Assembly: GCA_965228735.1 (NCBI GenBank)
Contig: OZ245838.1
Coordinates: 4,080,011 to 4,144,010, forward strand
Direction of reading: 5' to 3'
From: Planctomycetota bacterium
Lineage (GTDB): Bacteria > Planctomycetota > UBA1135 > UBA2386
DNA length: 64,000 bases
In this document: in pieces, positions 33,615 through 42,492 of the stretch
Layout of the letters: each line of letters begins with the position of its first letter
Numbering within the stretch: the stretch's first letter is position 1
Notes under the pieces: generated by a model
Database searches by the model: none
Told to the model about the DNA's origin: nothing
Seen by the model: only the letters and a program-made list of their open reading frames with translations
Position numbers and translations under genes: made by a program

Positions 33615-34403
33615 CTGGCTCGCAAAGACAATCGCCCACCGGAGCAGTTCCGGCCCATCCGTTTCACGCGCTCGTTCACCGATCGCCCGGGCTCGGTCCT
33701 GACCGAGTGCGGCAACACCAAGGTGCTGTGCACAGTGTGTGTGCAGGATCAGGTCCCGATGTGGATGGCCAACCGCCACGCCGGCGGCTGGCTCACGGCC
33801 GAGTACGCGATGCTGCCCGGCGCCGGGCAGCCGCGCAAACCGCGCGACGGCCGCACGGGCCGACCGCCGGACGGCCGCAGCCTCGAGATCCAGCGGCTCA
33901 TCGGCCGGGCGCTGCGCAGCTCGCTCGATCTCGCGGCACTGCCGGAGATCACCCTCTGGGTCGACTGCGACGTGATCAGCGCCGACGGCGGCACCCGGAC
34001 GACGGCGATCAACGGCGCCGCGGTCGCGCTCTACGACGCGCTGCTGTGGCTCGAAGAACAGCGCAAGCTGCCGAACTGGCCGCTGCGCGGACTCGTCGCC
34101 GCGATCTCCGTCGGGCTCGTTCAGGGCGAAGCGCTCTGCGACCTCGACTATCACGAGGACAGTTCGGCCGAAGTCGACCTCAACGTCGTGACGAGCAGCA
34201 GCGGCAACCTGATCGAGATCCAGGGCACGGCCGAGAAGAAGCCGTTCAGCAACGAGCAGCTCCAGGAGATGCTCGGCATGGCCGGCAACGCCTGCACCGA
34301 GATCCGCACGCTGCAGAAGCAGGCCCTCGGCCTGCCGACCGGCGACAGCAGCAGCGACGGCGACAGCAGCAGCGACGGCGACAGCAGCAGCGACGGCGAT
34401 TGA
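33615..34403 (+). CDS. rph: Ribonuclease PH, probable CTG start, with C-terminal (GDSSSD)3 tail
   Basis: Track ORF starts at GTG 33723, but conserved RNase PH N-terminal sequence (RPIRFTRSFTDRPGSVLTECGNTKVLCT) is encoded in frame upstream with no ATG/GTG/TTG. CTG at 33615 is preceded by GGAGGA (33602-33607) at 7 nt. Core motifs GWLTAEYAMLPGA, DGRSLEIQRLIGRALR, DCDVISADGGTRT. Confidence 0.9.
   Translation: MARKDNRPPEQFRPIRFTRSFTDRPGSVLTECGNTKVLCTVCVQDQVPMWMANRHAGGWLTAEYAMLPGAGQPRKPRDGRTGRPPDGRSLEIQRLIGRALRSSLDLAALPEITLWVDCDVISADGGTRTTAINGAAVALYDALLWLEEQRKLPNWPLRGLVAAISVGLVQGEALCDLDYHEDSSAEVDLNVVTSSSGNLIEIQGTAEKKPFSNEQLQEMLGMAGNACTEIRTLQKQALGLPTGDSSSDGDSSSDGDSSSDGD
34341..34400. repeat. 18-bp x 3.3 tandem repeat (ggcgacagcagcagcgac) at the 3' end of rph
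   Basis: Read directly: copies at 34341-34358, 34359-34376 and 34377-34394, plus partial ggcgat before the TGA. Encodes GDSSSDGDSSSDGDSSSDGD. Confidence 0.97.
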
Positions 34404-34486
34404 TCGCCCTCCCGCGCCGTCGGGAGACGCGCCGCGGGATAGAGACGTGCCGCGGGCCAAGGCGAAGAAGCGGTCCGTACATGCAA

Positions 34487-34514
34487 CCGGCCGCTGCCCG
34501 GAGGCAGCGGCCGG
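34487..34514. terminator. Strong GC hairpin between convergent genes (candidate bidirectional terminator)
   Basis: ccggccgctgcc-cgga-ggcagcggccgg, a 12-bp perfect stem with a 4-nt loop. Lies in the 166-bp gap between the rph stop and the stop of the convergent secreted-protein gene. No clear U-tract. Confidence 0.5.
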
Positions 34515-34569
34515 TCGATCGATCTCGACCGGGCCAGAGGCCCGATCGTGAATCGTGATCAGCCCGTGA

Positions 34570-36462
34570 TTACGTGCCGATCTTCGCGCAGACGCCGTTC
34601 GACGCGATGACGCCAGCGGCGTTGAGGCCCGGCGTGATCGTGCCCGACTGCAGGAACACCTGCGTGTTGTTGAAGCCCGTCGGGACGTTCCAGGTCCAGC
34701 GCAGCTCGTTGTTCGCGGCGAACACGAACACACTCGTCACGATCGCGCCGATGTTCAGGTTCGACGTGCAGCCAGGCATGCCGAACGGGCCGAGGTTGAG
34801 GCCCGGGCTCTGCGGCAGCAGACCGATCGAGATGAAGCCGGCGCCGGTGCCAGCCGTGAGGCTGTCGACGACGATGTCGACGCTGGTGCCCGCGATCGGG
34901 CGGCCGTCGACGAACAGGTTCGGCGGGAAGGCGCCGTCACCCGTCTGGATCGCGCCAGCGCCCGACCAGTCGGTCAGACCGCCGAGCGGCGAGCCGTCAC
35001 CCTTCGAGTAGCCGAGGATGGCATCGTTGCCACTCGCGGCGTCCGAGTTGAACAGGGTGCCGAAGGCGACGTCGAACTGGCCGCTGTCGTACAGCGTCAG
35101 CTGGATGTCGCAGACTTCGTTCGCAACCGCCGGCCAGTTCGGGACGCCCTGCCACGTGATGCGGGCCGTCGTCGGGGTCGGGTTCTCGAAGTAGAGCGCA
35201 CCGACGCCGCCGTTCAGGGCGAGGTCGAGGTCGAGGTCGGCGTTGAACGCGCAGATCTGCGCCAGCGGACCGCTCGGCGGGCCGTCACGGAAGGTGGCGG
35301 TGCTGCCGTAGTTCGAACCGCAGGTCGCGAACGAGGCATCCGTCGTCAGACCGAGGTAGATCTTGCCGTTGCTGTTGATCGTGATGTCGGTCGTCGTGCC
35401 ACCCGGGTGCGGGAACGAGAAGCCCAGCGGCTGGGTGATGCAAGCATCGTCCCAGGTGCCAGAAGAGCTCGACGTGAAGCCCGTCGGGTTGCCGGCGAGG
35501 TTCGTGCCGCTCGCAACCGGAGCGAACGGGGCGCCCGGAACGATGAGGTAGGAGTCCTGCGGGGAACCCTGCGGCAGCCACGTGTAGCCACCACCGACGG
35601 CGCCGGTCGCCTCGTACTGCGAACCCTGGGCCGTGCCGGCCGGGATGACGTCGTACGCCGCCTGCGGGCGGTTGTAGCAGCCTTCACCGTACTGGAGCGA
35701 GAGCGCAGCGCTCGCGTCCGGCGTGTACTGGATCTGGATGTTGACGCTGTCCTGCGCGCCGTTCGGGGTCGCGTTGTCGATCACCGCGCCCGTCGCGTCG
35801 ACGGTGTGCCAGCCGTTCTGCTGGATGCCGTCGTTGCTGAGCGTGATGAACTGGTCGCTCCAGGTGATCGCCGGGTTCGGGCTCACACCGATCGTGTGGA
35901 TCGCGCCCGTGTTGGCGGTGACGACCAGCGGCGTGTTCGTGTAGGTCGTCGGGATGACCTGGATGCACATGCCGTACTGGCCGGCCGGCAGCGTGAACGG
36001 CGTCGGGTTGCCGGTGACCGGGTCCTTGAAGTTCGCGATCGGGCTGTCGCCGTTCCAGGCGACGACCGTCAGCTCACCGAGAACCTCGGGCTCACCGTCG
36101 GCGGTGCCGGCACCGGTCGCGTCGATGCCCCAGTTCGCGCGCATGGTCTCGTTGCCGACGCGCGTGCCCGGGATCAGGTAGATGCGAACCTCGGCGATGT
36201 TGCCGACCTGGTCCGGAACGACCGGGTTACCAGCACCCTGGTCGTACGTCGTGACGTTCATCCCGGTGATCTCGATCGGCGACGCCAGATCGATGTCGAT
36301 GAACTGGCCGAGCGAGTTGTCGACGAGGTTGCCGTAGTAGAAACTCGCGGCCCACGGATCGTAGGTGCGAATGTCGGACGGAGGCGGACTACCGGCGCAG
36401 TTCTGCGCCATGGCGATCGTCGACGTAGCGGCGACCGCGAGAGCCAAGGAGACCTTGTGCAT
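34570..36462 (-). CDS. Secreted protein of unknown function (family member C; shares a C-terminal module with 48406..50670 and 50703..53045)
   Basis: 630 aa. Signal peptide MHKVSLALAVAATSTIAMAQ. Gly/Thr/Asn-rich beta-type composition. C-terminal ...GMPGCTSNLNIG...VFLQSGTITPGLNAAGVIASNGVCAKIGT. No catalytic motif recognised. Confidence 0.75.
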   Translation of the reverse strand: MHKVSLALAVAATSTIAMAQNCAGSPPPSDIRTYDPWAASFYYGNLVDNSLGQFIDIDLASPIEITGMNVTTYDQGAGNPVVPDQVGNIAEVRIYLIPGTRVGNETMRANWGIDATGAGTADGEPEVLGELTVVAWNGDSPIANFKDPVTGNPTPFTLPAGQYGMCIQVIPTTYTNTPLVVTANTGAIHTIGVSPNPAITWSDQFITLSNDGIQQNGWHTVDATGAVIDNATPNGAQDSVNIQIQYTPDASAALSLQYGEGCYNRPQAAYDVIPAGTAQGSQYEATGAVGGGYTWLPQGSPQDSYLIVPGAPFAPVASGTNLAGNPTGFTSSSSGTWDDACITQPLGFSFPHPGGTTTDITINSNGKIYLGLTTDASFATCGSNYGSTATFRDGPPSGPLAQICAFNADLDLDLALNGGVGALYFENPTPTTARITWQGVPNWPAVANEVCDIQLTLYDSGQFDVAFGTLFNSDAASGNDAILGYSKGDGSPLGGLTDWSGAGAIQTGDGAFPPNLFVDGRPIAGTSVDIVVDSLTAGTGAGFISIGLLPQSPGLNLGPFGMPGCTSNLNIGAIVTSVFVFAANNELRWTWNVPTGFNNTQVFLQSGTITPGLNAAGVIASNGVCAKIGT

Positions 36463-36807
36463 GTTTTGTCTTGTCTTGGAGAAGGGAGAAAGAAGGTCCT
36501 GGGACAGGACCAGGGGGAGCCATGGTTCCGCGCCCGGGCGATCTCGTCAACGTGGTCCGAAGACCAGGGTGATTCGACGCTTGCGGCGAAGGCGAAATGC
36601 AGCGAGAAACCTGGCGGCGAAGGGTATCGCACCGACCGGGGGTGAGTCGGCGGACTACGGACGTCGGGCGCCCGGGCAATGTTCGGCGGATCCGCAGATT
36701 TTGACCGGGCACGTTGCCATGATGCAGTTTGCGGTGATCCGTAGCCCGCGGCAGTCGCCCCGTCATGCCATGGCCCTAAACCCGGGCGACATCGTAGACT
36801 TCGCGCG

Positions 36808-37437
36808 ATGACCGACCTGTGGATCGCGACCGGGAATGCCAAGAAGCGCGCTGAGCTCGAGCGCCTCGTCGACTCCTTCGGCGTCCGCGTCCTATCGCCC
36901 GCCGCATTGGGTAGTCGGTCGAACGAATATGTCCCGATCGAGGACCAACCGACGTTCGCGGGTAACGCCGAGAAAAAGGCGGCGGCGCTGGCACGACTTT
37001 GTGACGCCCACACGCTCGCGGACGACAGCGGCCTGTGCGTCGACGCGCTCGATGGCCGCCCCGGGGTGCACTCCGCCCGCTACGGCGGCCCCGGCCTCGA
37101 CGACGCCGGCCGCGTCCGCGCGTTGCTCGAGGAGCTCGCGGCGGTCCCGCCCGAACGCCGCACGGCGCGCTTCGTCTGCAGCCTGTGCGTGTGCGATGGC
37201 GACGGCACGGTGCTGACCCGCATCGAGGAGAGCTGCGAGGGCACGCTCCTGACGGAGCCGAGCGGCGCCGGCGGCTTCGGCTACGACCCGATCTTCGTGC
37301 CGCTCGAGTTCGACGGCGATCCGGCGCGCACGTTCGCCCGCCTCGACGCGGAGCAGAAGGACCGACTGAGCCACCGCGGCAAGGCGCTGCGCAAGCTCGC
37401 TTCGGTGCTGCCGACGATTCTGCCGAAGGATCGATAG
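36808..37437 (+). CDS. rdgB: Non-canonical purine NTP pyrophosphatase (RdgB/HAM1 family)
   Basis: IATGNAKKRAEL, DDSGLCVDALDGRPGVHSARY, GGFGYDPIF and SHRGKAL motifs. Confidence 0.93.
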   Translation: MTDLWIATGNAKKRAELERLVDSFGVRVLSPAALGSRSNEYVPIEDQPTFAGNAEKKAAALARLCDAHTLADDSGLCVDALDGRPGVHSARYGGPGLDDAGRVRALLEELAAVPPERRTARFVCSLCVCDGDGTVLTRIEESCEGTLLTEPSGAGGFGYDPIFVPLEFDGDPARTFARLDAEQKDRLSHRGKALRKLASVLPTILPKDR

Positions 37438-37474
37438 GCCAGCACCCCCCGCGCCGGCCCCAGCCGCGACCGCC

Positions 37475-39313
37475 ATGACGATCGAGATCCTCATCGTGCT
37501 CACCACGCTCGCCGCGGTGCTCACGCTGCTGATCGGCACGCGCATTCCGGCCGATGCGATCCTCGTTGCCGGGCTGACGCTGCTGCTCGCCGTGCCGGTC
37601 CCGGTCGACGGTGGCGTGCAGATCGGCATCGTGACGCTGGCGGACGGCGTGCAGGGCTTCGGCAACCCCGGCATGCTCGCGGTCGGCGCGCTGTTCGTCG
37701 TCGTCACGGGTCTTCGCGAGACGGGCGCGATCGACTGGATCGCGACGACGCTGCTCGGTCGGCCGCAGAACGAACGCTCCGCGATCGTGCGCGTCATGCT
37801 GCCGGTCGCCGCGATGAGCGCGTTCCTCAACAACACGCCCGTCGTCGCGATGATGATCCCGGCGATCCAGGACTGGAGCAAACGACTGCAGCTGGCCGCG
37901 TCGCGCCTGCTGATCCCGTTGAGCTACGCCGCGATCCTCGGCGGCACGTGCACGCTGATCGGCACGAGCACCAATCTCGTGGTGGCCGGCCTCGTCGCGG
38001 AGAACCCGACCATCCCCGACCTCGCCATGTTCGACCTGACCTGGGTCGGGCTGCCGTGTGCCGTGCTCTGCGGCGCGCTCGTCGTGTTCCTCGGCCCGCG
38101 GTTGCTGCCGAACCGCGCCGGCACCCTCGGCACCGGCGCTGCGGGCACCGCCGGCACCGCGAGCCTCGCCGACACCAAGGAGTACACCCTCGAGCTCGTC
38201 GTGCCGACCGGCAGCCCGCTCGCGGGCCGCAGTATCGACGAGGCCGGGCTGCGTCGATTGCCGGGGTGCTTCCTGATCGAGATCGAACGCGGGGGCGAGA
38301 TCATCGCATCGGTCGGACCGCACCGCCGGCTCGAGGAAGGCGACCGTCTGTTGTTCGCCGGCGTCGTCGACTCGATCCGCGACCTCGTGAAGACGCGCGG
38401 GCTCGAACTCGCGACCGACCAGGTCTTCAAGCTCGACGCGCCGCGCTACAAGCGCCGACTGTTCGAGGCCGTCGTCGCGCCGACCTCGGAGCTCACGGGC
38501 ACGACGATCCGCGCGGCCGGCTTCCGCAACCGCTTCGCCGGCGCCGTCATCGCCGTCGCGCGCAACGGCGAACGGGTGCGCGGGCGCCTCGGCGACATCC
38601 GGCTCAAGGGCGGTGATCTGTTGCTCGTCGAAGCCGAACCCAAGTTCGACGACCGCGCGAGCGCGTCCGGCGACTTCCTGCTCGTGCGGTCGCTCGAGGA
38701 CTCGACGCCGCGCCAGCATGCGCGCGCGCCGCTCGCCGTGCTGATCCTGCTCACGATGGTCGTGCTCGTGACGACCGGCGTCTATCCGATGCTGGTCGCC
38801 GCACTCCTCGCGGCCGGCGCCATGGTGCTGACGCGGTGCTCGACGCTCACGGTCGCGCGGCGCGCGATCGACTGGTCACTGCTGATCGTGATCGGCGCAT
38901 CGCTCGGCATCGGCGAAGCGATGTCCCAGAGCGGCGCGGCCGACTGGCTCGCAGGCTCGGTGCTCGCCCTGAGCGGCGGCAACGCGTGGCTCATGCTCGC
39001 GGCCGTCTACGCCACGACCGCGCTGCTCACCGCGGCGGTCAGCAACGCGGCCTCCGTCGCGCTCATGTTCCACATCGCGGTCGCGGGCGCGACGGCCCAC
39101 GAGCTCGACCCGATGCCGTTCGTGATCGCCGTGATGATGGCCGGCTCCGCGAGCTTCGCGACGCCGATCGGCTACCAGACCAACCTCATGGTGTACGGCC
39201 CGGGTGGCTACACGTTCCGCGACTTCCTCCGCATCGGCGTGCCGGTCAACCTCGCGGCCGGCATCGGCACCGTGGCGCTGACGCCATGGGTGTTTCCGTT
39301 CCACCCACAATGA
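37475..39313 (+). CDS. SLC13/DASS-family anion permease with central TrkA-C (RCK_C)-like domains
   Basis: 612 aa. Multi-TM halves (…SAFLNNTPVVAMMIP…, …SFATPIGYQTNLMVYGPGGY…) flank two soluble segments (about aa 215-390) of the TrkA-C type (e.g. LAGRSIDEAGLRRLPGCFLIEIERGGE). Confidence 0.85.
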   Translation: MTIEILIVLTTLAAVLTLLIGTRIPADAILVAGLTLLLAVPVPVDGGVQIGIVTLADGVQGFGNPGMLAVGALFVVVTGLRETGAIDWIATTLLGRPQNERSAIVRVMLPVAAMSAFLNNTPVVAMMIPAIQDWSKRLQLAASRLLIPLSYAAILGGTCTLIGTSTNLVVAGLVAENPTIPDLAMFDLTWVGLPCAVLCGALVVFLGPRLLPNRAGTLGTGAAGTAGTASLADTKEYTLELVVPTGSPLAGRSIDEAGLRRLPGCFLIEIERGGEIIASVGPHRRLEEGDRLLFAGVVDSIRDLVKTRGLELATDQVFKLDAPRYKRRLFEAVVAPTSELTGTTIRAAGFRNRFAGAVIAVARNGERVRGRLGDIRLKGGDLLLVEAEPKFDDRASASGDFLLVRSLEDSTPRQHARAPLAVLILLTMVVLVTTGVYPMLVAALLAAGAMVLTRCSTLTVARRAIDWSLLIVIGASLGIGEAMSQSGAADWLAGSVLALSGGNAWLMLAAVYATTALLTAAVSNAASVALMFHIAVAGATAHELDPMPFVIAVMMAGSASFATPIGYQTNLMVYGPGGYTFRDFLRIGVPVNLAAGIGTVALTPWVFPFHPQ

Positions 39314-39449
39314 CCGACGACGCCGGCGGCCTGGTGAATTCTCGGCGCTCGCGTGGATCGGTGGGATGATCTGTGAACAGTGGCGTTGCCGCATCGGGCG
39401 TTGGAGTTTGTACCTGGCACCGCACCCAACCCGTGATACGACTTTCGCG

Positions 39450-40295
39450 ATGACTGCCCCGACTGCGGATGAACTCCAGGCGCGCCTCGACTTCGCGGCG
39501 CAGATCGCCGGTGAAGCCGGCCAACGGCTCAGCGGATTGCGGGCGAGCGGGCGTTGGGCGGACGAGAAGATTCTCGGCGACGTCGGCGATCAGGCCGCGG
39601 ACGGCTATCTGCAGGGCTATCTGCGTGGGCGCTATCCCGAGGACGGCATCCTGTCGGAGGAGACGAAGGACTCGCCCGAACGGCAGCAACGGCGCTACAC
39701 GTGGATCGTCGATCCGCTCGACGGCACGAAGGAGTACCGCACGCAGCGCCACGACTGGGCGGTGCACGTCGGCCTGTGCCTCGACGGGGAGCCGCTGCTC
39801 GGCGCGGTGGCGCTGCCGGGGGTCGGGCGCGTGATGCGGGGCATCTGCGCTGCGGGACACGTTCGGGCAGATGTCACGGTCACGGGCGACGTCGCGGGCA
39901 AGGCGGATTGGCCGCGCGCGTTCGCCGGCGATTCGCACGAGGCCCCGCATGACGGACCGCTCCGCATCGCCGCGAGCCGGAGCCATACCCCGGACTGGAT
40001 GACGCGCTTCGTCGACCACCTCGGCAACGCCGAACTCGTGCCGTCCGGCAGCGTCGGCTTCAAGGTCTCGCTGCTGCTGTTCGGCAAGGCCGACGTCTAC
40101 GTCCACAAGACCGGCCTCAAGGAGTGGGACACGTGCGCGCCGGAGGCGATCGCCCGCGCCGCGGGCTGGGCCGTCTGCCGGCTCAGCGGCGAGGCCCAGC
40201 GTTACAACCAGGACAACCCGCGGAACGACGAGATCGCGGTGTGTCGCAAGGAGTTGCTGCCGCGGGTGCTCGAGAGCGTGCAGGCCGCGCTGTAG
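39450..40295 (+). CDS. cysQ: Inositol-monophosphatase-family protein, CysQ-like 3'(2'),5'-bisphosphate nucleotidase
   Basis: ATG at 39450 within track ORF 39366..40295. Motifs LSEET, WIVDPLDGTKEY and EWDTCAP. Genomic context with the cysDNC genes supports the CysQ role (inference). Confidence 0.72.
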   Translation: MTAPTADELQARLDFAAQIAGEAGQRLSGLRASGRWADEKILGDVGDQAADGYLQGYLRGRYPEDGILSEETKDSPERQQRRYTWIVDPLDGTKEYRTQRHDWAVHVGLCLDGEPLLGAVALPGVGRVMRGICAAGHVRADVTVTGDVAGKADWPRAFAGDSHEAPHDGPLRIAASRSHTPDWMTRFVDHLGNAELVPSGSVGFKVSLLLFGKADVYVHKTGLKEWDTCAPEAIARAAGWAVCRLSGEAQRYNQDNPRNDEIAVCRKELLPRVLESVQAAL

Positions 40296-40341
40296 TGGGC
40301 TTCTGTCCGACCCCGCACCGTGTCGATGACCGACTGACCCC

Positions 40342-41238
40342 ATGAGCTTCGTTCGCACCTACGACGCCGGCAACGCACCGCGCGGCATCTTCCGCCACCT
40401 GCGGGCGCTGCTCGGCTACCCGGCGCTGGTCTGGCAGAACCGGTTCCTGATCCACAACAGCTTCCGCCGCGAGCTCATGAGCCGCTGGCACGGCTCGTTC
40501 CTCGGCGCGTTCTGGATGCTCGCGCAGCCGCTGTTCCAGTTCGCGATCTACTACTTCATCTTCGGCCTGCTGTTCGGCGAGCGCGGCACCGACAAGGCAC
40601 CCGACGGTGCGTTCGCGGTCTACCTGTTCAGCGGCATCATCGTGTTCCACGCGCTGACCGAAGCGTCGAACAAGTGCGTGAGCATCATCGGCGCGAACGG
40701 CAACCTCGTGAAGAAGGTCGCGTTCCCGTCCGAGGCGCTCGTCATCCCCGTCACGATGATCTCGCTCGTGCTCTATCTCATCGGGGCGATCGTCTGCCTC
40801 GTGATCGGGATGGCACTCGGGATCCTCGAACCGGGTCCGCTCCTGCTGATGCTGCCGGTCATCCTCGCCGTGCAGGCGGTGTTCACGATCGGCTTCGGAC
40901 TGTTCCTCGCCAACCTCAACGTGTTCGTCCCCGACGTCGGACAGCTGTGGCGCATCATCTCGATGGCGTGGATCTTCCTGACGCCGGTGTTCTGGATGCC
41001 GGATCGGCTGGCCAACCTGCACGATCACGGGCTCGGGTTCGTCGAGACGATCGCGCGCTACGGCAATCCGGCGTTCTCGCTCGTCATGTGCCACCGCCTC
41101 GCGCTCGGGGGCACCAGCCCGATGCTCGGCGAGTTCTGGCCGCAGTTCGGCGTCTTCTGCGCCTGGGCGTTGTTCTTCCTCGTCCTCGGCTACACGACGT
41201 TCGTGAGCCAGAAAGAGAAGTACGCCGACATCGTCTGA
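40342..41238 (+). CDS. wzm: ABC-2 type polysaccharide/glycan export permease (Wzm/TagG-like)
   Basis: 298 aa, 6 TM. N-terminal LVWQNRFLIHNSFRRELMSRWHGSFLGAFWMLAQPL is typical of Wzm/KpsM/TagG. Confidence 0.85.
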   Translation: MSFVRTYDAGNAPRGIFRHLRALLGYPALVWQNRFLIHNSFRRELMSRWHGSFLGAFWMLAQPLFQFAIYYFIFGLLFGERGTDKAPDGAFAVYLFSGIIVFHALTEASNKCVSIIGANGNLVKKVAFPSEALVIPVTMISLVLYLIGAIVCLVIGMALGILEPGPLLLMLPVILAVQAVFTIGFGLFLANLNVFVPDVGQLWRIISMAWIFLTPVFWMPDRLANLHDHGLGFVETIARYGNPAFSLVMCHRLALGGTSPMLGEFWPQFGVFCAWALFFLVLGYTTFVSQKEKYADIV

Positions 41239-41262
41239 CGCGCGCGACCGCCCAGAGAACGA

Positions 41263-42489
41263 CTACGACTGCGGCGCCGCGGCGCCCTCGTCGACCGTCC
41301 AGCGGTGGTCCTGCAGGAACAGGCCGATGTCCTTCGTCCGGTTCTTGATGATCAGGCACTGCTCCGCCGGTCGCTCGTGGAACCGGTGCACGCCGTTCTC
41401 GTCGAACAGCCAGATCGGCAGCGTGAACTCACCCGACAGCAGGTTGACGCCGTCGTAGTGCAGCGTCACGTGGCCCTCGGCAAAGTCGAACACGAGGTCG
41501 TGGAACTGCGTCGTGTGCGCGAAGCACAGCGTGCCGTCCGAACGCATCGCGCCGACCGCCATCGTCAGACGCTCGCGCTTCGGGTTCCTCACGTGTACGC
41601 GGATCGCGACGTCGTCCCCCGGAGCGAACTCGTTGCGCAGCTCGCCGGTCTTGCCGTCGAGGATCTGCGCGCCGAGGATGCGCGGCGCGTCGTCACCGCG
41701 ATTCTTCGCCTCCGGCTTGTCATCGTAGGCGACGTGATCGCCGCCGCCCGAGACCTTGTTCTCGTAGGTCGCGTACTCGTTGGTCACGGCGACCGAGTCG
41801 TCGAGCATCTCGATCTGCCCCTGCTTCATCCAGATGGCGCGGTCGCAGATCTGCCGCACGTCGTAGAGCGAGTGCGAGCAGAAGAACATCGAGCGCCCCT
41901 TGCGCTTGAAGTCCCAGATCTTCTCGACGCACTTGCGGCGGAAGTTCATGTCGCCGACCGAGAGGATCTCGTCGATGATCATCAGGTCCGGCTCCGTCGA
42001 CATCGCGACGCTGAAGCCGAGGCGGGCGGCCATGCCGGACGAGTAGGTTCGCACGGGCGCGTTGATGAACTCGCCGAGCTCGCTGAACTCGATGATCTCG
42101 TCGACCTTCTTGCGAGCCTCCTTGCGCGAGAACCCCATGATCGCCGCGTTCATGAAGATGTTCTCGCGGCCCGTGAAGCTCTTGTGGAAGCCCGATCCGA
42201 GCTCGAGCAGGCTCGTGACGCGACCGCGAACCGTGTAGCGGCCGCGCGTCGGGAACGTCGTGCCGCTGAGCACCTTGAGCAACGTCGACTTGCCAGCACC
42301 ATTGGTGCCGACGAGCCCCATGCACTCGCCCGGCTTGACGTCGAAGGACACGTTCTTCAGCGCGTGAATCGCACGATGCCGCGGCTTCTTGTTCCACGGC
42401 ATCCGCTCGAGCAAGCGACCGTACGGGTTGCCATACAGCCGATACGTCTTGCTCAGGTCGAATGCTTCGATGACCGGTTCGGTCGCCAC
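41263..42489 (-). CDS. wzt: ABC glycan export ATP-binding protein (Wzt/TagH-like) with C-terminal extension domain
   Basis: Walker A GTNGAGKST, signature YSSGMAARL, Walker B LMIIDE. About 160-aa C-terminal beta-rich extension. GTG start is 3 nt after the cysNC stop. Confidence 0.88.
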   Translation of the reverse strand: MATEPVIEAFDLSKTYRLYGNPYGRLLERMPWNKKPRHRAIHALKNVSFDVKPGECMGLVGTNGAGKSTLLKVLSGTTFPTRGRYTVRGRVTSLLELGSGFHKSFTGRENIFMNAAIMGFSRKEARKKVDEIIEFSELGEFINAPVRTYSSGMAARLGFSVAMSTEPDLMIIDEILSVGDMNFRRKCVEKIWDFKRKGRSMFFCSHSLYDVRQICDRAIWMKQGQIEMLDDSVAVTNEYATYENKVSGGGDHVAYDDKPEAKNRGDDAPRILGAQILDGKTGELRNEFAPGDDVAIRVHVRNPKRERLTMAVGAMRSDGTLCFAHTTQFHDLVFDFAEGHVTLHYDGVNLLSGEFTLPIWLFDENGVHRFHERPAEQCLIIKNRTKDIGLFLQDHRWTVDEGAAAPQS

Positions 42490-42492
42490 TTG

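Noticed and set aside
36463-36807. Possible riboswitch or small RNA (c-di-GMP-I-like GAAACC/GCGAAGGG fragments, SRP/6S-like hairpins) in the 345-bp spacer
   Set aside because: I could not align the region to any riboswitch or housekeeping-RNA core that I know. The resemblance is limited to a few short purine-rich words. The region is kept only as a candidate regulatory leader in the findings and needs a covariance-model scan.
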